This document shows, one piece after another, positions 1 to 12,735 of a DNA stretch of 64,000 nt. Location of the stretch: contig NC_081362.1 of assembly GCF_030684315.1 (NCBI RefSeq), positions 16,672,589-16,736,588 on the forward strand, written 5' to 3'. A program made the position numbers and the translations under genes. This stretch comes from Stegostoma tigrinum (lineage: Eukaryota). The notes under the pieces were generated by a model. The model was not told the origin of the DNA and made no database searches. It saw only the letters and a program-made list of their open reading frames with translations. Each line of letters starts with the position of its first letter. The first letter of the stretch is position 1.

Positions 1-697
1 ATGTCAAAACTGAAAGAAATTACGATGAGGAAAGGCAGAAGAGGCTTTGCATTTTTTCCACAGGAAAAAATTACAAGGTGTGACCAGGTGGGGTCTGAAG
101 GAGTGGGGATTTGATAGGACAAATATTAATAAAACATGTTGGCAGGGAAATCCAAAACCAGGGGTCATAATTATAGATACTAATAAATGCAATAGCAAAG
201 TTAAGAGAAAGTTCTTGATCCAAAGAATTGTGAAAGTATGAAACTTACTTCGTCATGGGCTGGTTGAAGTAAAGCAAAGATATGTTTAAGGGGACGTGAA
301 TTAAGTGTAGTATGGGAGAAAGAAATACAGGTTGTACCAATGAAATTAGACAATTTAAGCTGGGAAGAATTTTATGAGCATAAACCATTCAGACTGAGCT
401 GTCTCTGTGCTGTAAATTCTTTGTAATTCCATGTAAATCAACTGCCAAGAAAAAAATGCAAACATGCAACAATAGTGGAGCTCAAGATGAGTTTTTAAAA
501 CACTTCACAGTTGTTACCCCAACGATTGCTATTTTCAACAGCAATCAAATGAATTTTAGATGCCCCTGTGTTTAAATAATCAGATGTTGACTTGTTTCCT
601 TTTGAAGGGGTTAACACCTCTGCTGAAATAATTGGGAAGAATATTGTTACATACGTATTTTTGAAAGTCAGTCGCAACTATCAGCTGAATCACATAC

Positions 698-725
698 CTT
701 TTGAGAATCCAATCTGCTTCGACTC
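698..725 (-). CDS. CCDC170: Probable 28-nt coding micro-exon (exon 3) of the CCDC170-like gene, (R)SRSRLDSQK
   Basis: Minus strand tgtcattgcag|GAGTCGAAGCAGATTGGATTCTCAAAAG|gtatgt. Length is 1+27 nt, which completes the 2-nt overhang of the 10036-10112 exon with no stop. Confidence 0.5.
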
Positions 726-1979
726 CTGCAATGACAAGTAGAGTAAAAGCACACGTGAATGCACACTAAACAGTTGGCACAGAGTTGAAATATTGGAATA
801 ATGTGAACATTACAGATAACGCACTGTATTTAGTACAATACCATGGCTTTTAAAAACTAAAAACGAGCAAAAGTGTATTAGAGAAGTTAAGAAATCGCGA
901 AGGTATTGACTAACAAAAATGAAGCACAGCTGCATGGCCAATGGGGCATAATGTCAAAGTTATTGCGTCCATTTTGACAGTTTCTTTCTTTGGCCTTAGG
1001 CCCTTGAAGAATTTTTTTTCTACTCTTGTCATTCTCTCAGTTTACAGCTGATCACTCCTGTAAGGCAGAGCCATATTTCTCATGATTTAGCGTTCTATTT
1101 TGTAACCCAGTATCTGGATATATACTATCCTGACTCAAGGGTGTAAACGTGAACCCCTCTTCCTCCAAAAGGATGAGATACCCAAAGTGGGCCACTGCAA
1201 CTTTATGTATATTTCTCTAACATTTTTGAAGCCAAAACTGCTGATTCTGTGGTGGCACAATGATCTATGTAAAATCAGGAAGCTGGTCATTTTTGGGACA
1301 AGTAGAAGGCTCACCAAAACCCTCTCCAAGGAATTTAAGAATGGGCAATAAAAGCCAGGCCTACCACATTCCTAGAATGAGGGTTTTCTTTTAAATGCCA
1401 GGCTCTGTAATCCATCCTGTGATACAGTAAATAAGTGCATACACTAGACAATCCTCAATTGTCAGCAAAATCTTCAATGCTTGTCCTCTTTTTGATCAAC
1501 TCTAATATATTTACTAGCTCTGCTCTTGCTACTGGCTCTACAACTGGCAATGTGTACTGGTTTATGATCCTGTTGTCTTTGACCTCTACCTCCTTCCCTG
1601 TCAAGGGGATGGCCAACTGGCCAACAAAGCTACACCCCCCCACCAAGGATGCAGGCCCTGTTAACTAATTCCTGCTGCGCACGCATTCTGTTACCTCAAT
1701 TTCTCAAGTGCAAATGGCAAAAAATATTACTTGGACCGTGGCAATGTATCACATACTCTCTTGCATCATGAAGGAGAGCAGATTCAATGGTCAATTCAGG
1801 AAGTCATTTGGCATGCCAGCCCCCACTAGCTCAAGCAAGCGACTGCGCTGTGAACATCGCCATTCCCCACCTAATCTTGACATCAATATTCAAAAACAAA
1901 ACATGAGGGATTTCCAATTAAGAATGCAACATTGTACGAATTACGTTAATTTCAGATGACAATGGGTCAACTTCTCCAC

Positions 1980-2260
1980 AAGGTTTTTCACCCGTAATGC
2001 AATCAACAAACATATGGAATTGGACCCCATATACAAACCCATACAGATCAAAACGGGAAATGATTTTTACACTACTCACTATAACATACCAGACAGTATA
2101 AATTCCAAGCACAGTGGAATAATATAGCTTCATTGGAAGCTCCACTGATGATGTTACCTAGCGTGGTGACGAAACATCTGAACAAGAACAAGCCAGCTTG
2201 GTGAGCAAGTCAACAACCTCACCCACAATCCGAGTTACAGATCTTAGCCAAACCTTTAAA
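1980..2260 (+). mobile_element. Penelope-like element 3' remnant with hammerhead motif at 2145-2178
   Basis: FFTRNAINKHMELDPIYKP endonuclease C-terminus followed by CTGATGA-T-GTTACC/GGTGAC-GAAACATC. Confidence 0.7.
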
Positions 2261-2526
2261 GGGTCAATTTCTGTTCAGGACACAGGTTAGCACCATTAAC
2301 GGTGTTAAGATAATGTAGGTAACAAATTTTTCTTCTCACATATTATATCTGTTTGAAAAACACAGTCATTTTGTGCGTAAAATTAACCAGTTAGTCTTAT
2401 TCATTGTGAATGTGTGTGACACTAGCACCATCAGCATTTTTGGCTCTCACTAGCATAAAAGGTGGTGGTGGCAAGCTGCATTCTTAAATTGCTGCTGTCT
2501 ATATGGTGAAAGTAATTTCTTAATTG

Positions 2527-4680
2527 AACATAAGGTAATTAGAGGAAGGATCTCAAGGTGATCATTCAGCCTATCCAGTGTCTATCAACGAGATCGTGGC
2601 TGATCTGATTGATCATCCTCAGCTTCACTTGCTTGCCTTTCCTCCATAAGCCCTGACTCTGTTACCAATTAAAAATCTGTCTACCTCAGCGTTGATTATA
2701 TTTAATGAACCAGCCTCGACAGCCCTCTGCAGTAATGAATTCCACAGGTTCTCTACCGTCAGAGAAGAAATTCATCTTCATGTCTGATTTAACTGGTGAC
2801 CTCCTCACTCCTGAGATTACTCCCTCTGGTCCTATAATCTCCCACAAGAAGAAATGATCTTTCCACGGCTATCTTGTCAAGTCTTCTAAGAATCACGTAT
2901 GGTCATCTCTTGTTCTTCTAAACTCTAATAAGTACAAACTGAATTACTCAACTTTTCCTCATAAGAAATTCCTCCATGTCCAGGATCAAGATACCAAACT
3001 ACATCTAGACTGTTTCTAATGCCAGAATATCTTTCCTTATTAAGCAGACCTAAGTTCTTCACAGTAATCTACATGTGGTCTGACTGGTGCCTGTAGAGTT
3101 TAAGCAAGACTTTCCTATTTGAATATTCCATTCCCTTTGAAATAAGGGCCAGTGTTTTACCAGGCTTCTCTAATACTTGCCGAACTTCAATGCTGGCTTG
3201 TTGCGATTTATGCACAAGGACCCCCCCAAATCTCTCTGTGCTGCAGCTTCTCCCCATTTAAACAATATTCAGCCCTTCTATTCCTCCTGTCAATGTGCAC
3301 AACTTCACAACTTCCCACGTTATATTCCATTAGCAAAGTTTTTTGCATACTCACTTAACTTGTCTATGTCAATCAGCAGACTGTCATCCCCATCACATGC
3401 CTTCCTCCCTGTTTTTGTGTCATCCATAAACGTGGCTACAGTATACTCACTTTCTTCATCCAAATCATTAATATCTTGTAGAGATCCCAACACAGATCTC
3501 TGTGGCATCTGCTAGTTACAGGTTGCCATCCTGAAAACACATTCCTTTTCCCAACTCTCTCTCTTGTATTAGTTAGCCAACCCTCTACCAGAATGATACA
3601 TTACCTTCCCCATCATGGGGCCTTATCTGATTAAGTAGCCTGACATGTACCTCAACAAAATCTATTGAAAATCCCAATATACTTCATCCACTAGTTACCC
3701 TTTAGTTTTTCGGCTTGTTACCTCCTCAAAAGAATTCCAATAAATTTGTCAGGCTTGATGTTCCCTTCATGAAGTCATGCTGACTCTGCTTGATCATACT
3801 GTGTGTTTCTAAATGCTCTGCAATTACATCCTTTATAATAAGATATTCCCAATACATACTTTAAGGAAGGACCACCAGACTCGAAATGTTAACTCTGATT
3901 TCTCTGAGTCAGGGCTTATGGAGGAAAGGCAAGCAAGTGAAGCTGAGGATGATCAATCAGATCAGCCACGATCTCGTTGATAGACACTGGATAGGCTGAA
4001 TGATCACCTTGAGATCCTTCCTCTAATTACCTTATGTTCAATTAAGAAATTACTTTCACCATATAGACAGCAGCAATTTAAGAATGCAGCTTGCCACCAC
4101 CACCTTTTATGCTAGTGAGAGCCAAAAATGCTGATGGTGCTAGTGTCACCCACATTCACAATGAATAAGACTAACTGGTTAATCAGAGACATGTTGAGCT
4201 TTTCCAGCAATTTCTGTTTTTATTACAAATTTTAAGCTAATGGGTTTACAGTTACTTGTGCTTCATTTCCTTCACTTTCCAAATAAATGTATTGCATTGT
4301 CAATTTCCCAATCCTCTGGGACTTCTCCAGAATTAAAGGAATCTTGGAAGATTATTGCCAGTAGATTAACTATCTTTTTGTACTTCCTTTAATAATCGTA
4401 AGATGCATCTCATTAGATCCAGGTTCTTTAGTTTTCCTGGTACATTTTCACCAATGATAGTTATTGTACTTATTTCCTCTGCCTCTATTGTCCTTTGATT
4501 ATTTTGTATTTTTGGAAGGCTATTAGTGTCTTCCACCATGAAGACTGATGCAAAGCATTTATTCAATTTGTCTACCATTTTCGGGTTCCTCAATGTTATT
4601 TCCCCAGCCCCATTTTCTATGCTTCCTTTGGCCTATATCTTCTTTTATTGATAACTAAAGAAGTTCTTGCTCTACCTATT
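2527..4680 (-). mobile_element. Decayed CR1-clade LINE (RT region and 3' end), interrupted at about 3860-4230
   Basis: PQRSVLG, FMDDTK, KGMEYSNRKVLLKLY and LNKCFASVF remnants in minus-strand ORFs. Confidence 0.85.
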
Positions 4681-6076
4681 AGAGTTCCCAAGTTTGAACT
4701 GGAAACCTTGCAGGGATGATATACGTCCAAGTCAGGGATGGGTGTAGGGCGAAGGGAAACTTATGAGACAATGAAGTTCCCATACGGTCACCGCCCTTGT
4801 GTTTTGACGTGTTGGAGGTTATGGGTGGGTAACCAAGACCAGCCACCTCCCCACTTCACCCCCACCACAACCATCACCGCCACCCAGATAGGCTTTGTCC
4901 CACCCCAGACTATCAAATCAGATCACTTTCCAAGAAATGCACATGCAAGATGTATTATAGAGCTCAGATCAAAAGTATGGTTATTTAGCAATAAAGGTAA
5001 ACTCCCTCTATTAGGGAATTTGGGGAGTTGTTGCTGGAAAGAAAGCATGCTATCAAATGCAATCATGCAGACGTAATGTTTATAATTCTTCACTTTTTTC
5101 GTTACATGTAGTTTTTGTTTACTGAGGCCAGGTATTAATCTGGATCATCATCCCTGTGGATATAAAATATTACACATTACTAGTACTGGTGTATACTAGC
5201 ATTGACATAGTTGTAGGCCCAATACACCGCTCCCAAGATTTGCCACAGCCTCATCAAGTGGCATCACACAATGTCCACTGCATAAAAATATTTACTGTAT
5301 GTTTTATATATAATATGCATATAGAGCCAGAGTTCTACAGCATGGAAACACACGCCTCTGTCCAACTCGTCCATGCCAACCAGATATTCAAAATTAATCA
5401 AATCCCATTTGCCAGCATTTGGCCCATATTCTTCTAAACCCTCCCCATTCATGTGCTCATCCAATGAGATGGAAATTTACCTGATGGAATGTGCCTGATG
5501 TGAAAGGACAACTTTCCACATTGTTCAGTAGATGTAGCTCTTTTTAAACATCTTACTTGTAGTTGTGACTGTGGGGACCACAGGTGGAAGTGGAGATGGA
5601 TCATCCACACAACAATCCTGACTAAAGATAGTTACAAACGCTTCAGCTCATTTTTGTATTCAGTTGTGCTGTACTGTTATTAATGAAGAATGGTAATGCC
5701 AATAAACCTGTTAATGATGTCAACACTTTTAATTTGTGACAGGATTGCAGAGTTTAAGCTGGTCCATTCCTTATGTGGTCATTTAGCCAAAAGTGGTACA
5801 TTACTGTCACTGCTTAGAATGCTAAAATTCTAATGTTGTAGTATCACCAGTTTCGCACACAATTTTCAGGTATATCCTTATACTCCTCTCCACACGTGGT
5901 CATGTGCATGTCTATATTCCCCTTTGAATCAGGCGTGGTCCCCTAGCATGACTGTGATAAGTGAAGTGAATAATGAGTCAGTCTGTGAAGCTAAAAATGA
6001 AATTGCATGTATCTCTGCTGCTGCTGATGGCCTACAGCTCCTCAAGGTTGCCCAGTTTTGGGCTACTGGATCTTTA

Positions 6077-6830
6077 GAATCATAGAGTTCACAGCATGGA
6101 AACAGTCACTTCGGTCCAACTCATCTTTGCTGACCAGATATCCTAAATTAATCTAGTTCCATTTGCCAGCATTTGGCCCATATCCCCTAAATCCTTCCTA
6201 TTCATGTACCAATCCAGATGCCTTTTGAATGTTGTAATTGTACCAGTCTCCACCATTTCCTCTGGCAGCTCATTCCATAGACCCACCTTTCTCTGCGTGA
6301 AAATGTTGTCCCTTGAGTCCCTTTTACATCTTTCCCCTCTCACCTTAAACCTAAGCCCTTTAGTTTTGGGACACCTCCCTCCCACCCAACCACCACGCCA
6401 TTACCACCAGCACCACGCCCCCACCCCCCACAAGGAAGAAAACCTTGGCTATTCACCCTGTCCATGACCTTCATTATTTAATAACCTCAATAAGATCACC
6501 GCTGAGCCTCCAATGCTCCAGGGAAAATAGGTCCAGCCTATTCAGCCTCTCCCTATAGTTCAAACCCTCCAATACCTTTCTGTAAATCCTTTCTGTACAC
6601 TTTCAAGTTTCACAACATCCTTCCTATTGCAGGGAGACCAGAATTCAATGCAGCAATACAAAAGTGCCCTAACCAATGTCCCGTACAGCAGCTACATGCC
6701 CTCCCAACTCCTACACTCAATGCACTGACCAATAAAGGCACGCGTATCACAAACCTTCCTCACCACCCTGTCTACCTATAACTCTACCTTCAAGGATCTT
6801 TGAACCTACATATATAAAATAATAAAGAAC
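6077..6830 (-). mobile_element. CR1 LINE 3' fragment
   Basis: FTQRKVGLWNELPEEMVE peptide and the typical agaatcatagag terminus. Confidence 0.85.
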
Positions 6831-8199
6831 ATAATCAGATGTTCAGTAACCAAACTGAGGAGATTAAAACTGCACACACCACCATGAAGTATTATAATAC
6901 ATGTATCATCAACTACGCTGCACGAAGTATAAGCCTGTCTCCTTCCTGCTGCTCAGTCAAAGGGTTTTAGAATCAAGCTCCATTCCAGAGGCACATGCAC
7001 ACTTCAGTATTATGGAGGATAACGTGCATTAATCCTAACTCTTCTGCTTTATTTCAGTTATCATGTTAAACTCAGGTGGACATAAAAGATCCAATGACAT
7101 GATTACAATAAGAGGAAGGTGTTCACCCTCAATTTTTGCCACCCAAAATAGATCAACTGACATTCATTTCAGCGCTATTTGTGGGTCTTTGTACAGTTTG
7201 TTGCTGTTTACTTACATAGCAACAGGGAGTACTTTTCAAAAGTAGCTATAACAACAGCATTTTGCATTGTTATAGCTCCACGTTATACATTGGAAAACAC
7301 TTTGAAATATGGAACTACAAAAATGGAAGCTCTTTGTCCTCACAAACATTTATGAAACGAGCTGACTCTTCTATTGTGACATTATGAATGCCCTCACTCC
7401 ACCTCTGGGATTGCACTTGCAAAGTATGTTTCTGAATCTTTTTGAATCTGTAGAATCCCGCAGAGACATCAAACAAACTGAAGTAAATTCAGACAAATTT
7501 TAATTCTTTTATGGGATGTGGATGTTGTCGGCAAGACATGCAGTTGTTGCCCTTCTCAGGCAGCCCTTGAACTGATTGGTTTGCTGGGCCATTTCAGAAG
7601 GCAGCTAAGAGTCAACCACATTCCTGTGGGTCTGGAGTCACATACAGGCCAGGCCAGGCCGAGTAAGGATGGCAGATCTCCTTCCCTAAAGGACATCACT
7701 GACCCAGATTGTCTTTTGCAAAAATTGCTTATAGTTGTCATGGTCACTTTTACTCTGACTAGCCTTATATTCCAAAATTATTAATTGAATTTAAATTCCA
7801 TCAGCTCCAGTGGGATTTGAATCTATGCCCACAGCTTATTAGCCTGGGCCTCTGAATCACTAGTTCCATGGCATTACCGCTACATCACTATCTCCTCCAA
7901 CACAAAAATATGTGACACAGAATTCAACAACTTTAACAATGCAAAGATGTCCTAAGGCACCCCATAGAGGTGTAAACTAATGGATATGAAGCCAAAGGAG
8001 TAAACATTAGAAGATTATAAAGTCTTTCTTGGTCGACAAAATGTCTTACTAAAGTAAACAATCCCCAAACCAAGCCACTTTGTAGAGGTCTGCTGGCAAT
8101 TATGGGATACAAATTATCTCCTTTTGTGGCATTGATGCTCCTGCCTGTCTCTTGATTGCCAACAGCTAAACATTGCCCCCAGCATGAACAAGGCCAACA

Positions 8200-8500
8200 G
8201 CTGGAATGTGACCAAGTAAATCAAGATCCTAGGACAGGCCAAACAGAGACGATTTCTAGAGGCTTGGTTCTCCACTAAGAAGGCCATCAATAAACACATA
8301 GAATTAGACCCTACAAATACACCACTGCAAAGAAATACTGGTAACAATGAGGTAACCAATTCCAATTGACCCCAGAGTTCAAATACCAGGCAGGAAAACA
8401 CAACAGCGCTTCAGTGGAGGCTGCACTGATGATGTTACCCAGCAGGGTGATGAAACATCTGCAAACTAATGAACCAGCTCAGTGAGCGAGCCAACCATTG
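8200..8500 (+). mobile_element. Penelope-like element 3' remnant with hammerhead motif at 8422-8463
   Basis: IKILGQAKQRRFLEAWFSTKKAINKHIELDP, then TGCA-CTGATGA-stem II-GAAACATC-TGCA; same family as the 1980-2260 copy. Confidence 0.75.
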
Positions 8501-8989
8501 GTAAAACATCACACAGCCAGTCAACACAAAGCTCTCGGATCCAAGGAATAGAGGAACAGCATAAATATCCAACTGGACAAACTGAGGACGCCCCATCCAC
8601 GCTCTCGGCTGAATGTAGAAGATCCCATGGCATTATTCAGAATGGTTAGGAGACTTCTTCACCATGTTCAGGCCATCACTAAGAGAGACTTTCTTGTCTT
8701 TATCACATTGCCGCTTCTTGTACTTTGCTGTGCACAAATTAGCTGCATTTCATGCATCACAACAGTGACTATACTGCAGAAGTACTTCCTAGCTGTAAAG
8801 TGATCTGGGACAACCTGAAGCTGTGAAAGACTCCCTATCAACACAAATCTTTCTTTTTTCTGCTGAAATGTTTCAGATCATCCTGGATCGATAATCTCAC
8901 ATAGTTTCCTTTACTGGAAACTGTCTTCTTAAACCCCTCATCCCTGTCTCCTCCATCTTTACCTCCACCAAAATGCACGGGAGCTCATG

Positions 8990-9900
8990 AATTTTGTTGT
9001 CAGTAAGATTGAGAACATCCTCGACTGCTCCTCCCTCTTTTTCGCTATCTCATTAAGCAAATCTTCCTTCTAGTCTCCCTCTGAACTCTCATTTTTCCCC
9101 AGTTTCCATCCAGTCTCCAAAAATCCCTTTCCTCTCCAAAGTTGTGGAACTTGCTGCTGCTTCCCAAATCCATCTTTCCCGCAATTCCAAAGTTTGATTT
9201 TGTGTAATCAGGTCACTGTTTCCATCACAGCACCAAAATGACATTTATTAAACTCACCAATGACATCTTATGAGACTGCGACAAAGGTAAACTTTCCATT
9301 CTTGTCAGTTTTAATCTATCTCTACCTAGTGACATGGTTAGTCATACCATCCTGATTCAATGCCTCTCCACTGTCACCCAGCTGGGTGGACAGCACTCAT
9401 TTAAATCCATCCTTATATATCCAATTGTGGGCAGAACGTTACTGCAATGGCTTCTCCCCACCCACCTACAATCCATCGTTAGCCCCCTCCCATTTCTAAT
9501 ATGCATACTGCCAATCATTATCTAAAACTGTGCGGCCTGTGTCCTTATTCTCCTGCATTAGTTCCTGGGAGGAAATGCCTTGATTTTAGAAATGTGTCTT
9601 CAGTTTTGAATCTCTCCAACGCCTCGCCCCTCCCTGTCTGTGCCATTTCTGTCTAACTCATGATCCTCACATATTCATGCTCCCCCAGTTCTGGATTCTT
9701 CAGGATCACCGATTGTAAATGCTCCATCATTGACAGCTATGCCTTCAGCCCCTCCCTGTACTTCTCTGCCTCTGCACCTCACATTCCCCCTTTGAGATAG
9801 TCCTTTAGACCTCTGTGCTTTTAGCCATCTATTCTAATGTCTCCATATGTACTCAGTGTGAAATTTGGTTTGGTAATACTGCTACAATGGGTTTTGGAAA
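8990..9900 (+). mobile_element. Decayed L2-clade LINE
   Basis: FHHSTK-TFIKLTNDI...D-VSHTILIQCL, resembling the L2 RT HSTETAL-KV-ND...DTVDH-IL block. Confidence 0.65.
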
Positions 9901-10035
9901 ATTTTACTGGATGTATTAATGCAAGAGGTTTTTGTTGCATACTTTTGTTTAACTACATGCTGTCTTAGTTTACACACACAGTTGGCTGCAAGCAAAATTA
10001 CATATTCTTAATATACCTTAGTACTGAACTCTTAC

Positions 10036-10112
10036 CTTCCACCACTGAGTATGGCAATTAATTCTTCCTTTTCGGTCAGTTGGCGCTTCATCGCATTAAG
10101 TTGCTCTTGGAG
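10036..10112 (-). CDS. CCDC170: Coiled-coil coding exon (exon 2) of the CCDC170-like gene, LQEQLNAMKRQLTEKEELIAILSGG
   Basis: tttttcag|CTCCAA...GGAAG|gtaaga splice sites, heptad-like peptide, in frame with the 12483-12611 exon. Gene name comes from synteny (downstream of ARMT1, same strand). Confidence 0.65.
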
Positions 10113-10189
10113 CTGAAAAATTAGTCTAGCAGTTACAAACTTGGACAGGTTCACCTTTCACAGTTCAATAAACAACTCCTGTAAATGTT

Positions 10190-10800
10190 TTGCTCGTTTG
10201 CCTTCATTGCTTAGACCATTGCATATAGGAGTTGGGGTGTCTTACTGGAGTCATACAGGACATTGGTGAGGTCACCTTTGGAGCACTGTGTACAATTCTG
10301 GTTGTCCTGCTTTAGGAAGGATATTGTTAGATTGCGAAGGGTACAGAAAAGATTAACGAAGATGTTACCGGACTGAAGGGTTTAACTTATAGGGAAAGGC
10401 TGGATAAGCTTGAATGTTCTTCACCAGCATAAGAGGTCGAGGTGCAACCTTATGGAGGTTTATAAAATCATGAAGGGCTTAGATAAGGTGAAAAGCAAAG
10501 GTCTTTTCCCTAGGTAGGGGAGTTCAAAATTAGAGGGCGTATTTTTATAGTGATTTTTAAAGTGAAAAATTTTAAAGGGACTTGAGGGGCAACCTTTTCA
10601 TCAAATGGTGGTTGATACGTGGAATGAACTGCCATAGGAAGTTTTAGTTGCAGGTACAGTTACAACATTTAATAGACATTTGGACAGGCACATGAATAGG
10701 AAAGGTTTGGAGAGATATGGGCCAAATGCAGGCAAGTGGGCCTAGTTTAGTTAGGGAAACTTGATCAGCATGGATCAACTTGATCTGTGCTGTACGACTA
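10190..10800 (+). mobile_element. CR1 LINE 3' fragment
   Basis: LVRSPLEHCVQFW and WNELP-EV remnants. Confidence 0.8.
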
Positions 10801-11644
10801 TGACCACAAAAAGCAGTTGTAACCCCAGCTAAGTCAGTCAAGATGCCCAAACCAAAACAATTGTGATCATAAAAGTGAACTAAGTTTAATGAATAGGCAA
10901 TAGTAGCTGTTCTGCTGACCAATGTGTGGGGAATGGTCTCACCACTTGTTAAGAAAAGGGATTGGGGCATTTTTGATTCACACACAATCGCACCAGAAAA
11001 ACTTTCATTTGATTTGAAATTAAAATAAATGCTTATAATGCTATCTTAGCCTGGAGGCAAGCACAGACATGAATTAGCTCATTTGCATTTTATTAATGTA
11101 CAGTTACCTTATATATTCAAACCCCTCCATAAAGTGTCAGGATATATCTTGCACAACTCAAGATCATTTTGCAAGGTATGTAATTTTTCTCACCAGTTCA
11201 GTGACAAGAATCCTCCATACAAACTCAATAGACTAGTCAAACAGTTCCTTACACAACTGCACACACTTAAAAATGAAGAGTTCAGGATTAAATACACTTT
11301 AATGTTACAGCTGAGTGAACTAGTTAATGTTCCAAAGATGACAGCTCATCTGAAAATTCACTGAGCTGAGTGAAGCATAAACATTCATTCTGCCACCAAG
11401 ATTTGTCCACCTTAAAACTGTTCCCCATGTAGATTTACAAGTGCATGTGTTGCAAATACCAAATATTTCAGAATGCACTTTAAAAATCGCCGTTAAAAAT
11501 GCATCTTTGCAGTGAAGCTGCATTAATGCCATCACTAAGGGAATGAAAGGTGAACTAGTGTTTCTAATCTTTCATGGGATGTGGGCCTCATTGACAAAGC
11601 CAGCATTAATTGCCCATTCCTAATTGCCCTTGAACTAAACACTG

Positions 11645-11910
11645 TACAGGCACTGCTGCGTTACAGCGCCAGACATCCAGGTTTGATTCCAGCTTTGGGT
11701 GACTGTCTGCATAGAGTTTGCAAGTTCTCTCCCTGTCTGCCAGCTTCGGTTTTCTCCCACAGTCCAAAGATGTGCAGGTTAGGTGGCTTGGCTATGCTTA
11801 ATTGCCCACAGTGTTTACATTTATGAAAGCTAGGTGAATTAGCCATGGGAAACGCAGGCTCAAAGGACTGAATGGCCTCTATCTGCACTGTACTATTTTA
11901 TGATTCTAAG
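11645..11910 (+). mobile_element. HE1/V-SINE-type tRNA-derived SINE
   Basis: V-domain-like GGTTTTCTCCCACAGTCCAAAGATGTGCAGGTTAGGTGG...TTGCCC. Confidence 0.75.
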
Positions 11911-12479
11911 TGGCTCGCAATTGGGTGCCAGTCACATTATCGTGTGTGGGAATCACATGTAGGCCAGACTTGCATCACCTCTGAGACAAGCTTTCCATTC
12001 CAGATCTGTGACCAGTATGGACATTCAAGCAGATGGACATTTTGGTCATCACGGACCAGTTTGGGCCCAAGGGCCTGTCTCTGTGCTGTAGGTCTCTTAT
12101 GAGTCTATAAGAGTAGTGGTAAGTTTCTCTGGCATCCACACCAATAACATATCCCACAATCGTGACCACAAAAAAAATGCAGATAATCTGGTGGTTAGTT
12201 TTTTTTTCTAATCAAGCTGTTCAGAGACGTTTATGGCACATTTCTAGAGCAGACGTGACTTAATCCCAGGCCTCCTGCCTCAGATGTAGGGACATTACCA
12301 CTGCACCACAAGAACCCCCTAAATGAGTTGTTAGTTCTCACAGTGCTGTTTGTCGTAGTCTCCCCTTTAAGTTGTGCAGACATAAAGTCACTGTCTACAT
12401 TTTGCAAGCGGTTCTCCACCCAACATCTCTTGACCATGCAGCCCCCAAGGAGGAAGCTGGTGTTGAATGAAGATCCACT

Positions 12480-12735
12480 CACCTCGGGCACTCGGTGGCC
12501 GGCTGCTGGCGAGCTCGACAGTCGGCCCAGCGAGCGCAGCGCACGGTTACTGTTAACATCGATCAGCTCCGGGGCCGGGGAGCCCGAGTCCGCCCCTTTG
12601 CAGCCGGACATTGGGTGCAGGGGAAAAAGTTCCAGCTAGCGGCAAGCCCACACCCTGAGCTCAGCGACTGCCGGCCTGAAAGTACAGCCTTGCCTCCGGC
12701 TGCACTGTTACCAGGGTCTCCCATGGCAACACAAT
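12480..12735 (-). promoter_or_regulatory. CpG-rich promoter of the CCDC170-like gene with an RFX X-box-like site
   Basis: Local GC/CpG enrichment; GTTGCCATGGGAGAC on the minus strand (12730-12716) plus an adjacent GTTACC half-site at 12707. Confidence 0.5.
12483..12611 (-). CDS. CCDC170: Probable first coding exon of the CCDC170-like gene, MSGCKGADSGSPAPE...HRVPE
   Basis: ATG at 12611, 43 codons, strong donor GAG|gtgagt at 12483/12482, inside a local CpG-rich patch. SPAPE resembles the human CCDC170 N-terminus as I recall it. Confidence 0.6.
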
